This document shows, one piece after another, positions 44,473 to 53,489 of a stretch of 64,000 nucleotides of DNA. The notes below the pieces were generated by a model. That model did no database searches, was not told the origin of the DNA, and saw nothing but the letters and a program-made list of their open reading frames with translations. Origin of the DNA: a virus. Lineage: Duplodnaviria > Caudoviricetes. The stretch lies in IMG/VR virus record IMGVR_UViG_3300027983_002388; one strand, written 5' to 3'. Every line of letters begins with the position of its first letter. Within the stretch, counting starts at the first letter, position 1. Both the position numbers and the translations under genes were made by a program.

Positions 44473-45614
44473 AGCGACACACAACCGATCTTAGGCATGA
44501 TTGGAAAAAGACCATTGAAGGTCAGGGAATGTTATTTCATACATTTGATGGCGATATTTATTGGGACGAGTCAGCATACTACGAGTTAAACAGTCCTGAA
44601 GTAGACACCATAGAGGCGGCTACTTACGAACTGAATGATCGTTGTCTTGAAGCTGTTCAACACGTCATCGACAATGATCTGTTAGATGCTTTCTTGATCC
44701 CGCCCGAATTCCATCAGTTTATCCAAGACAGTTGGGAGAGAGACGAACACACCATTTATGGTCGGTTTGACTTTTCCTATGACGGAAAAACCCAACCAAA
44801 GATGTTGGAGTTCAATGCCGACACGCCTACCGGCCTGATAGAAGCTGCTGTTACCCAATGGTATTGGGCAAAAGACAAGTTTCCAAATCGGAACCAATTC
44901 AACTCAATACACGAGCGGCTAATTAAGGTTTGGAAAGAACTGAAGTCCGTGACGCCAGGAGTATTGTATTTTACGGCACTCGCTGGCAATCTCGAAGATT
45001 ACATGAACGTCAATTATCTTCGAGACACTGCCATCCAAGCCGGGTGGGATACTGAATATATTGACATTGAAAACATCGGATGGAACGAAGGTCGCCGTAC
45101 ATTCACCGACCTGAACGAAAATCCAATACAGACATGCTTCAAGCTGTATCCTTGGGAATGGATGCAGACCGACGAGTTTGGCAGAAAACTATTCCTCAAG
45201 ACCACCAAATGGCTTGAGGCTCCGTGGAAGGCAATCCTTAGCAACAAGGCCATTCTGCCTATATTGTGGGAGTTGTTTCCCGATCATCCAAACTTATTAG
45301 AAGCATCGTTTCAACCAATTCGCACAAAACCTTACGTTCAGAAGCCAATTCTGAGTCGTGAGGGAGCTAATGTGCAAATATTTGAGCATGGCGAATTGCT
45401 GCTTAAAACTGATGGTCCTTACGATGGACCATGTGTATATCAACAACTATGGGAACTTCCCAACTTTGATGGCAATCACGCCTGCATTGGTAGTTGGTTG
45501 GTCAACGGCTGGGCTTGTGGAATAGGCATTCGAGAAGACAAAACCATTGTAACGGGGAACCTGAGTCGGTTCGTACCGCACATTTTCGGTGTTCGACCAA
45601 AATACGGGAGTTAA
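44469..45614 (+). CDS. Glutathionylspermidine-synthase-like ATP-grasp ligase (YgiC/YjfC family)
   Basis: YWDESAYY, GRFDF, LEFNADTPT, FKLYPWEW, KPILSREG, GSW. Confidence 0.92.
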   Translation: MKRHTTDLRHDWKKTIEGQGMLFHTFDGDIYWDESAYYELNSPEVDTIEAATYELNDRCLEAVQHVIDNDLLDAFLIPPEFHQFIQDSWERDEHTIYGRFDFSYDGKTQPKMLEFNADTPTGLIEAAVTQWYWAKDKFPNRNQFNSIHERLIKVWKELKSVTPGVLYFTALAGNLEDYMNVNYLRDTAIQAGWDTEYIDIENIGWNEGRRTFTDLNENPIQTCFKLYPWEWMQTDEFGRKLFLKTTKWLEAPWKAILSNKAILPILWELFPDHPNLLEASFQPIRTKPYVQKPILSREGANVQIFEHGELLLKTDGPYDGPCVYQQLWELPNFDGNHACIGSWLVNGWACGIGIREDKTIVTGNLSRFVPHIFGVRPKYGS

Positions 45615-45618
45615 GATC

Positions 45619-46872
45619 ATGGCTGCAAACAAAAAGATTCACATCATCGGTGGTGGAACGGTCGCACAAATTGGCCCGCACTTGGCTTTGTGCGCCCCAG
45701 CTTATGGTGGCACTGCAAAGAGACTACATCACTTGTGCTGGCAGCAGTGCCACACTCTGGACTCTGAACTCCATCTCACCAAGATGGCTGGCGGAAATGA
45801 ACTGGAAACCAATGCTGATATTGCAAAATTGGTGAACGAAATCGTTGCCGATCCAGCATCAAAGATCGTGTTTTTGAATGCTGCTCTGGTTGATTTTCAA
45901 TACGATGGTGTTGCCGACAAATACGGCGAGCGAATTAAATCTCGTGAAACTCCACACCTTCAGTTGAACTTTGTTCCAGCGGATAAAGTCGTTGGCAATA
46001 TCCGCAAGAATCGTAAGGATATTTTTGCCGTCGCATTCAAAACGACTTCAGGAGCAACGCCAGAAGAACAATACATCGCTGGCTTAAATCTCCTGAAAGA
46101 GTCCAGCCTGAATTTGGTTTTTGCCAACGATGTGAAAACTCGATTGAACATGGTCATTACGCCTGAAGAGGCTCGTTATCACGAAACCACAGATCGTGAT
46201 GAAGCCCTGGAAGGCTTGGTCGAAATGACTTTGCTTCGATCTCATTTGACCTTCACTAGATCAACCGTCGTAGACGGTCAACCTGTGCCTTGGGACTCGG
46301 AATTGGTGCCTGAAGCACTCCGCACGGTTGTCGATCACTGCATCAGTGCTGGTGCCTACAAGCCATTCCGAGGGGCGACTGTGGGGCATTTTGCTTGTAA
46401 GGTAAACGACACAACTTTCCTTACAAGTATTCGCAAGTCGAACTTCAACGATCTACCCAATACTGGTCTGGTTCGTATTGTGACTGATGGGCCAGACAGC
46501 GTGATCGCTTATGGTGCCAAACCGAGTGTCGGTGGGCAAAGTCAACGTATTGTGTTCCACGATCATCAGGAATACGACTGCATTGTTCACTTCCATTGCC
46601 CGATTAAACCGGGATCAGAAGTACCAGAAGTCTCACAGCGGGAATACGAGTGTGGGTCGCATCAATGTGGAGAGAACACCAGCAAAGGACTGAAGCAGTT
46701 CGGAAACTTGAGCGCCGTTTATCTTCAAGAGCATGGACCCAATATTGTTTTCAATCGCTCGATCAATCCGCAAGAAGTGATCGACTTCATTGATGCCAAC
46801 TTCGATCTGAGCGATAAGACTGGCGGTTATGTGAGCTTGGGGCAAATCCTCACGACTCCTCACGACTCCTGA
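45619..46872 (+). CDS. CoaB/DFP-like nucleotidyltransferase-fold domain fused to a class II aldolase-like domain
   Basis: GGGT...AALVDF...VAFK...VFAND; C-terminal IVHFHCP. Confidence 0.6.
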   Translation: MAANKKIHIIGGGTVAQIGPHLALCAPAYGGTAKRLHHLCWQQCHTLDSELHLTKMAGGNELETNADIAKLVNEIVADPASKIVFLNAALVDFQYDGVADKYGERIKSRETPHLQLNFVPADKVVGNIRKNRKDIFAVAFKTTSGATPEEQYIAGLNLLKESSLNLVFANDVKTRLNMVITPEEARYHETTDRDEALEGLVEMTLLRSHLTFTRSTVVDGQPVPWDSELVPEALRTVVDHCISAGAYKPFRGATVGHFACKVNDTTFLTSIRKSNFNDLPNTGLVRIVTDGPDSVIAYGAKPSVGGQSQRIVFHDHQEYDCIVHFHCPIKPGSEVPEVSQREYECGSHQCGENTSKGLKQFGNLSAVYLQEHGPNIVFNRSINPQEVIDFIDANFDLSDKTGGYVSLGQILTTPHDS

Positions 46873-46908
46873 CACTGTGGATTTTCTACGCTTTTCCTAT
46901 GAGGGGCA

Positions 46909-47661
46909 ATGATGAAGAAGGTTGTGCTTTTTGCTTGTTTGTTAATGATTGGATGTAGCAAATCCACCGAAACAGTTGCCGAGGCACAAGTGTCGGTACA
47001 GACAGAGCCGACAATGCTTCAAAGGTTTTTTGGAGGCCCCACCAAAGAAGAGATTGCCACACAGCAAGAACTATTGGCTCAACAGCAAGAGTTGCACGCT
47101 CAACAACTCAAGGCCAAACAAGAGTTGCAGGCTCAACAGCTTAAAGACGGAGACGCATTGGTTGCTAAGTGGGCTGATAAGATTCAAGAAACAGCAACTA
47201 AAGACAGCTTCGGATATGAGCGAATGGAAGGTTTGACGGAAGCTGATCCCTGGGGTCAGCAAATTAAGGTGAACTATCGCCAAGAATGGTTCAAAGAAAT
47301 TGCAACTATTCAATCTGCTGGACCTGATGGTGTTTTTGGAAATACCGATGACTTGATTAGAACAAGATCAGCCAAGAATCCCGCTGGAATCATTGAGGGA
47401 ATTTCTTCATTAGGTTGGGTTGTATTGGCTTGGTTGTTTTGTGGTGGATTGGCATTGGCATTCTCGTCGGGAATTGGTCATCGCCGAGTCACTAAAGGCA
47501 AATCAAAAAATCATCGTCGTCCACTTGTGTTCGGCGTGACAACTGTATTATTTGCTCCTGTGGCGGTGTTGATTTACGGATTGCAATTCATTGGCGGGGC
47601 TTTGGGTGCAAACGGTGAATTCTTCGATGGATTTGACTTCGACTTCGACATTGACCTATGA
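46909..47661 (+). CDS. Lipoprotein/membrane protein with a GspG-pseudopilin-like C-terminal motif
   Basis: Lipobox MIGC; DPWG...SAGPDGVFGNTDDL; two TM helices. Confidence 0.6.
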   Translation: MMKKVVLFACLLMIGCSKSTETVAEAQVSVQTEPTMLQRFFGGPTKEEIATQQELLAQQQELHAQQLKAKQELQAQQLKDGDALVAKWADKIQETATKDSFGYERMEGLTEADPWGQQIKVNYRQEWFKEIATIQSAGPDGVFGNTDDLIRTRSAKNPAGIIEGISSLGWVVLAWLFCGGLALAFSSGIGHRRVTKGKSKNHRRPLVFGVTTVLFAPVAVLIYGLQFIGGALGANGEFFDGFDFDFDIDL

Positions 47662-47669
47662 GGATGAAT

Positions 47670-47825
47670 ATGAGCAACTGTCCACAAGAAGAACGTTACC
47701 AGGATATTTTACAAAAGAATACCTCCACGATGAACTTGCTCAATAACATTGAGCGGTCACAAAGGCGACGAAGATTCAACGCCTGGGTCAAACGATGGTG
47801 GTATAAACTAACCTTCCGAGGTTAA
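47670..47825 (+). CDS. Small basic ORF (51 aa)
   Basis: ATG after AGGA; fills the gap between genes. Confidence 0.4.
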   Translation: MSNCPQEERYQDILQKNTSTMNLLNNIERSQRRRRFNAWVKRWWYKLTFRG

Positions 47826-47827
47826 AA

Positions 47828-48370
47828 ATGAGCGAAAAAAAGTCAACAAGGGATGATTTTCGTAATGCCGTATTCAAACGGGATGGCTATGCCTGCGCTA
47901 TGTGCGGGCATAAACCAGAAAACGTCAATGAATTAGACGCCCACCACATTACAGATAGAACCTACATGCCATTCGGTGGATATTGTGCCGCCAATGGCAT
48001 TTCGCTTTGTACAGATCGCTGCAAGAAGGAATCTTGGCTGGGTTCTTCGCTCGATTGTCACCAGAAGGCAGAACACCTTCACGCTACCGGAATTGAATTT
48101 CCGGGATATGCTCCAGTGAACCTTTATGCTAGAATCAAGTCTTCCTATAAACAGGCTTATTCGCACAGTCTCAAGCTAGAGATCACAGCCAATAGAGCCG
48201 ACGCAATGATGGCCGTCATTGACGTAATCTCCAAAAAAGAATTGGAGGTATGTCTTCGCTTGTGTGAAAACACCAGCCCGGAGACATGGGAGTTAACTTG
48301 TGACGAACTAAGTGAGTGGGAACCCCTCAATAGAACTTACGGAAAAGGTCGCTATGTCCCTGACAAATGA
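47828..48370 (+). CDS. HNH endonuclease
   Basis: VFKRDGYAC..CG...DAHHI...NGISLC..CH. Confidence 0.8.
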   Translation: MSEKKSTRDDFRNAVFKRDGYACAMCGHKPENVNELDAHHITDRTYMPFGGYCAANGISLCTDRCKKESWLGSSLDCHQKAEHLHATGIEFPGYAPVNLYARIKSSYKQAYSHSLKLEITANRADAMMAVIDVISKKELEVCLRLCENTSPETWELTCDELSEWEPLNRTYGKGRYVPDK

Positions 48371-49445
48371 ACAGAAAGATGTCCTGAAGCTCTTAGTGGG
48401 CAATATGGACAACCACCAGCAGCAAACTCTTGGTGGATATGCGGGGACAGGAAAATCAACAATTATTCGAGTGATGCTCGACGCCCTTCAACGAAAAGGG
48501 CGATATTTTTGCGCAGCCGCATTTACCGGCAAAGCCACGAACGTATTGCGCAAAAAGGGAATGAATGCCAATACGATTCACAGCACGATATACCAGCCGT
48601 ACAAAGACGAGCATGGCGAAACCGTGTGGTTCTTAGCTGACAAAACTGACTTAGTGTCCAAGGGCATTGACGGCTTCATTATTGATGAAGCGTCTATGGT
48701 GAGCAAGGAAATACACGACGATCTTATGTCGTTTGGCCTGCCAATTATCTATGTTGGCGATCACGGTCAACTTGAGCCTATTGGCACCAAATTCAACCTT
48801 ATGCAAAAGCCAATGTATAAGCTGGAGACGGTTCATCGAAATGCTGGTGAGATTGCATATTTTGCCGAGCATCTTCGCAAGGGCAATTCTGCCAATTCCT
48901 TCATGGGAGCAACGAAGGTTCAGATTGTTCAAGAAAAAGCAATTGAGGATCGACACCTTGCTGCCGTCGATCAAATCATCTGCGCCTTCAATAAGACTCG
49001 TGTGCAACTCAACGAGCGTGTGCGTATCGAGAAAAAGATTCAATATACATTCATTGCCAAAGGCGAGAAGGTCATTTGTTTAAGGAACAATAAGAAGCAG
49101 GGTTTGTTTAATGGGATGCAAGGCGTTGTCCAGAAAATCCACAAGAACGACCGCTTTGACTTTATATCGGATGGCAACTTCTTCGAGAAGGTCCATTACG
49201 ATCCTGACCAGTTTGGAAAAGACTCAAATAAGTTTGAGTTTTCCCAGGCAGCAAATCCATTCGATTACGCATACGCCATCACTTGCCATAAGGCTCAAGG
49301 CGACGAATGGGGCAATGTGATCGTATACGAACAGCGATGCGATAAATGGGATAACGTGCGATGGTCTTATACAGCAGCCAGTCGTGCAAAAAACGGACTG
49401 ATCTGGATCGCTGTAGAAGAGTTCCGACCCAACTATCTAGGGTAA
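48354..49445 (+). CDS. RecD/Dda-like SF1B helicase
   Basis: GYAGTGKS, IIDEASMV, GDHGQLEP, YAITCHKAQG. Confidence 0.9.
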   Translation: MSLTNEQKDVLKLLVGNMDNHQQQTLGGYAGTGKSTIIRVMLDALQRKGRYFCAAAFTGKATNVLRKKGMNANTIHSTIYQPYKDEHGETVWFLADKTDLVSKGIDGFIIDEASMVSKEIHDDLMSFGLPIIYVGDHGQLEPIGTKFNLMQKPMYKLETVHRNAGEIAYFAEHLRKGNSANSFMGATKVQIVQEKAIEDRHLAAVDQIICAFNKTRVQLNERVRIEKKIQYTFIAKGEKVICLRNNKKQGLFNGMQGVVQKIHKNDRFDFISDGNFFEKVHYDPDQFGKDSNKFEFSQAANPFDYAYAITCHKAQGDEWGNVIVYEQRCDKWDNVRWSYTAASRAKNGLIWIAVEEFRPNYLG

Positions 49446-49545
49446 TGTTAAAAGAACCAATCAGTAAATGTGCATCGCATTGGGCTGTGGGCGTACTCGA
49501 CACCAATCGTGCCGAATATTTCAAAGCCAAGAATTTGGAGATTAG

Positions 49546-49574
49546 TTTACAGATCGCCGAAATCGTGGTATCAT
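49546..49574 (+). promoter_or_regulatory. Promoter TTTACA-N12-CGTGG-TATCAT upstream of the RNase P RNA
   Basis: Window consensus. Confidence 0.7.
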
Positions 49575-49613
49575 CTATCGCAAAAATCAAGCTCCACGAG
49601 TATGATATAAGGG

Positions 49614-49888
49614 GATGCAACTTGTCGAGTCGTCGCTGTAATCCCCTCAAGGGGTTGTAGAGGAAGTTCTGGACACTACTGCTTTTAAGGTAGGAGCGAA
49701 AACCTCGAAAGGGGCTAATAGTGTTTGAACTACCGAGGGTGCAAGCCATACAGACCAAAATCTCGTAAGAGGTACGCCGGTGAGCAGGGCGTCATCATGG
49801 TCGGGTCGGTGCAGTCCGCAAGGACCGGGGGCAACTCCGAGATAAATGACGACATAGAACAGAATCCAGGCTATGGATAAGTTGCATC
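49614..49888 (+). ncRNA. rnpB: Minimal RNase P RNA (~275 nt)
   Basis: P1 49614-26/49876-88; P2 GTCGTC/GACGAC; CR-I GAGGAAGTTCTGGAC; CR-V ACAGAATCCAGGCTA with P4 covariation. Confidence 0.85.
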
Positions 49889-49915
49889 TCCTTTTCAAGT
49901 CAAAAAGGAGATGTC

Positions 49916-50707
49916 ATGCGTGCCGAAATTGTCCACGTTACGGACCACGCTTTGTTGCGATGGAAAGAACGTGCGTCGAAAACAGGTGAAGTCAACGTAG
50001 AAGAAATCGTTCAGGCTGTAAAAGAATCCAAGGTCATCAAAAAAAACGAACCTTTGCCTTACCCGATGCCTCGTTTAGATGGATCAGTTTACAGCTTCAA
50101 TGCCGGAGTGTTGTTCATTCTCGAATCAGTAACCATTGATGAATATCGACTCGTCACAGTTATCGCCGACGAGCCGACCTATCAACGGATTGCTCGACCG
50201 CCGAAGAAACAACTTAATCCTCGAAAGAGACAGAAATACGAGGAAGTTCAAAAGGTGCAAATCGACATTCCTTGCTTTGAAAGTTTCATCGAAGAACGTC
50301 AATGGTTGACCGACGAGAAACGAAAACTCGAAAGTGAACTGGCAACAACAGCGAAGAAATCTTCCACTCGCAAAGAAATATTGAAGGTGTGGGGCGAGAT
50401 TGAAGCCCGACTCACCGAGAACAAACCTCAATATCTCGAAGAGCGGAAAAAATCAGGAGACGGATATGTTGACTATGGTTCTCTTCTTTTGCAAATTATC
50501 AGAGAGTTAAAAGAAATACGCTCTGAACAACAGGAATTACGTAACCTAATCGAAGGCTCCAATGGACAACAACCGAGATCACCGAGCAATCGGAAAAAAG
50601 CTAGACCTCTTCATGTTCAGCCCTCTATCGCCGGGTTGTCCGATCTGGCTCCCGAAGGGAGTTGTGCTTTATCAGTCTTTGCTGAACCGCATTCGTCAAC
50701 TCAATGA
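49916..50707 (+). CDS. Protein with a RelE/DUF4258-like N-terminal domain (TDHALLRWKER) and coiled-coil C-terminus
   Basis: HAxxR helix, beta meander ending VTVI. Confidence 0.45.
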   Translation: MRAEIVHVTDHALLRWKERASKTGEVNVEEIVQAVKESKVIKKNEPLPYPMPRLDGSVYSFNAGVLFILESVTIDEYRLVTVIADEPTYQRIARPPKKQLNPRKRQKYEEVQKVQIDIPCFESFIEERQWLTDEKRKLESELATTAKKSSTRKEILKVWGEIEARLTENKPQYLEERKKSGDGYVDYGSLLLQIIRELKEIRSEQQELRNLIEGSNGQQPRSPSNRKKARPLHVQPSIAGLSDLAPEGSCALSVFAEPHSSTQ

Positions 50708-51785
50708 AGCCAATGGTTGCCAAGAAGTTCGGACCCCACTTATATGGAAGTCCGAACTTTATGCAACCAGCGGACACCTGGATCACTATGCAAAAAATAT
50801 GTTCTTCGTCAGTGATAAGCCTGCTGGCGAGTCCCACGAAGAAGGACATGAAGATCAGTGCTTAAAACCAATGAATTGTCCTGGGCATATGGAGATATTC
50901 CGCTCGAAACAGTGGAGCTATCGAGACTTGCCTGTTCGATTCGCTGAATATGGTCCTTTACACCGCAATGAAGTTTCTGGTGCCTTGGGTGGGCTAACTC
51001 GCTGTCGTGCATTCTGCCAGGATGACGCCCACATTTTCGTTTCGCCGGACAACCTACAAAGCGAAATCAAACGAATCCTTGTCATGATCGAAAGAGTTTA
51101 CGGATGGTTTGGAATGAAGTTCCGATCCGTACTCAGCACTCGTCCTTATAACTTCATGGGCGAGAAGTTGGTTTGGGATAATGCTGAGGCGAACCTCGAA
51201 GATGCTTTATGCGAAAATGGATTGAAGTTCGAGATTGCCCATAAAGACGGTGCGTTTTATGGTCCAAAAATAGACTTCATTGTGACTGATTCCCTTGGAC
51301 GTGATTGGCAAACAGCAACAATCCAATTGGACTTCCAGTTGCCTCAAAGATTCGGTTGTACCTATACCGACAAGGACGACAAAGAGCAAACTCCAATTGT
51401 CATTCACAGAGCAATATACGGCAGCTTTGAAAGATTCATTGGTGTATTGTTGGAACATACTGACGGGCATCTACCATTATGGTTGGCTCCTGTTGGTGTA
51501 ACCATTGCACCAATCAGCGACAAAGTTGCTGAATACGCTGATGAGATCAAAGAGGTTTTGCTTGCTCATGGAATTCGGTGTGAATGCGATCACTCGAATC
51601 GAACTCTGCAACAGAAGATTGCCATCGGGTACGATAAAAAAGTACCCTACATGGTCATCTTGGGAGAGAAAGAAAAATCCGCAAGAACCGTTACCCTCAA
51701 ACAAATGAGATCAACTGCTGTCGCACAGGAAACCTTATCTTTGGAAGTATTCCTTCCTCAGATGGTCGCACTGGCGAAAGAGTAA
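50562..51785 (+). CDS. thrS: Threonyl-tRNA synthetase lacking the N-terminal TGS/editing domains
   Basis: Starts RDHRAIG; LKPMNCPGH, HRNEVSG, AFYGPKID, IHRAIYGSFERF; anticodon domain present. Confidence 0.95.
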   Translation: MDNNRDHRAIGKKLDLFMFSPLSPGCPIWLPKGVVLYQSLLNRIRQLNEANGCQEVRTPLIWKSELYATSGHLDHYAKNMFFVSDKPAGESHEEGHEDQCLKPMNCPGHMEIFRSKQWSYRDLPVRFAEYGPLHRNEVSGALGGLTRCRAFCQDDAHIFVSPDNLQSEIKRILVMIERVYGWFGMKFRSVLSTRPYNFMGEKLVWDNAEANLEDALCENGLKFEIAHKDGAFYGPKIDFIVTDSLGRDWQTATIQLDFQLPQRFGCTYTDKDDKEQTPIVIHRAIYGSFERFIGVLLEHTDGHLPLWLAPVGVTIAPISDKVAEYADEIKEVLLAHGIRCECDHSNRTLQQKIAIGYDKKVPYMVILGEKEKSARTVTLKQMRSTAVAQETLSLEVFLPQMVALAKE

Positions 51786-51868
51786 GCCAAGGATGAGTGA
51801 TACATAATGTTGTATGAGGTACGACATTATTCAAAATTTACCCTTCCGAATATATTTGTTGGAAGTAG

Positions 51869-52084
51869 ATGGAACTACACAATATTGGATACATCGATGA
51901 CGATTTCCGAACGGACCTGCGTACATTCAGTGCCACGTCCAAAAATTCAAGCCCTGATTCAATCATCAAGGGCTTGAACGCTTTCCTGGAAAGTGAAGGA
52001 TACATCAACGTCGCCGAGTTGGTTTCCGAAGAATACAAAGCTGGCGTCGTCAGCATTCGATCACGACTCATAGAAAGAGACTAA
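51869..52084 (+). CDS. Hypothetical protein
   Basis: ORF. Confidence 0.5.
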   Translation: MELHNIGYIDDDFRTDLRTFSATSKNSSPDSIIKGLNAFLESEGYINVAELVSEEYKAGVVSIRSRLIERD

Positions 52085-52086
52085 TC

Positions 52087-53043
52087 ATGTCAGAGCATAT
52101 TGAGTTCACGCCCAATGGACTCGTGCTTCATAAGTGGAACGGCAACAAGCGTAAGTTTGTTCGCAAGCGTCCCAAGAAACTGAGCATCATTACTCATCTT
52201 AGATCTCGCTGCGAGATTGCCGAAGGCACTACCCTGAAGCAAATCTTCGAGACGGTTGACAAATACAAGTTTCTGAAATTGGTGATTTCCCAATATTCAT
52301 GGTGCCGTCAATTGGACGCATTCCACGCACAGGCTCAAGAACCTATGCGTGACGATCCAGATGATACTGATCCGCTTGAATATCTGGAACTCTATCATCA
52401 TCCCGAAGTTTACAAGTTAACGGAAAAGAAGAAACACCCTGGTGGTATGCGTGAACGCACCATTACCGTTGACTTCGACACGTCAGTTGGGTTCCACGGC
52501 ATTGGTCCCACCAAAGAAGAAGACGGTTTAGCCAACCGTACAGACGGGAAGACCAATTATTCCGTGTCTTATAGTCCCATGTGGAAGTTGGCTGATTTGC
52601 CGGTCAAACTCAACAAGACATTTGACGTATATGAACCTTTCGATACCAACAACCCTCGCAAAAAACCCGAAAAGCTGCTGACTGCTACTCGTGAATATAC
52701 TCTCCTGGAAGTCCTCGATGCCATCTATTGGGACATTTCCTTTATGGGCGGTCCCGAAGATAACGCTAATTTTCTGGATAACATGAAAGAAACGGTGGAT
52801 CAAATCAAAAACGGCGAAGTGCCGATGATCCCCATTGAACAAGTTTTCACCGACATGAAAGAAGACATGTCGGAAGAAGGCGAACCCAAACCGATGAAAA
52901 TTTTGATGCACCCGGATGTTGCCAGATTCTTCGGCTGCGACCCCGATAGCATCCCGTTGGATGACAAAGAAATCATTCGCAACGAAATCATTCGCAACGA
53001 AATCATTCGCAACGAAATCATTCGCAACGACGATGAGTCTTGA
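52087..53043 (+). CDS. Hypothetical protein with a C-terminal (EIIRN)4 expansion
   Basis: ORF; AIYWDISFMG motif. Confidence 0.65.
   Translation: MSEHIEFTPNGLVLHKWNGNKRKFVRKRPKKLSIITHLRSRCEIAEGTTLKQIFETVDKYKFLKLVISQYSWCRQLDAFHAQAQEPMRDDPDDTDPLEYLELYHHPEVYKLTEKKKHPGGMRERTITVDFDTSVGFHGIGPTKEEDGLANRTDGKTNYSVSYSPMWKLADLPVKLNKTFDVYEPFDTNNPRKKPEKLLTATREYTLLEVLDAIYWDISFMGGPEDNANFLDNMKETVDQIKNGEVPMIPIEQVFTDMKEDMSEEGEPKPMKILMHPDVARFFGCDPDSIPLDDKEIIRNEIIRNEIIRNEIIRNDDES
52969..53028. repeat. 15-bp tandem repeat GAAATCATTCGCAAC x4
   Basis: Direct reading. Confidence 0.95.
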
Positions 53044-53086
53044 CACTTCTTTTTGTTTGCTGTACAGTGACTTCAAGAAAGGAAGC

Positions 53087-53460
53087 GTGTCATCGTAGTC
53101 AAAGAAATTCTAAATGCTGGCGGCGTTTGTCCTTTCTAGGTCGAAGGAAAAACAGATAAAGGTGAAGAGATATACGCCCGTTATCGCTGGGGTCGATTAA
53201 GAGTCGAGGTTACTCATGGTGACGGTGAACGTGAAGTCATTTTCACCAAGCAGGTTGGCGAAGACCAAGACGACGAAGAAATAAACAAAATGCGAGCAGC
53301 CGGAATGAGCGAGGAGCGTCTCACTCAAATGGCTGAAACTTTCAAAAACGTACGTGCCTATTCCGAAGGTGAGCCTCTTTGTTTCGACGGATATATGGAC
53401 ATGGACAAACTCCGTGTTGCTACCGAAGGCGAAATAGAGTGGCCAGATTTTGAGGAATAA
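53087..53460 (+). pseudogene. Decayed gene with in-frame TAG (CPF*VEG...YARYRWG)
   Basis: TAG at 53137-53139 inside an otherwise open frame to TAA 53460; no in-frame start. Confidence 0.55.
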
Positions 53461-53489
53461 CTAATGTGGCCTTTCACCAGGAGAAAAAA

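Noticed and set aside
49361-49898. ORFs 49361-49660 (+) and 49647-49898 (-)
   Set aside because: They overlap the helicase end, a promoter and the RNase P RNA; no protein motifs.
16727-53139. Genome-wide TAG-to-Gln recoding, suggested by two in-frame TAGs
   Set aside because: TAG ends well-defined genes (e.g. 1059, 39840, 40834, 59965), and no CUA-anticodon tRNA is present in the window.
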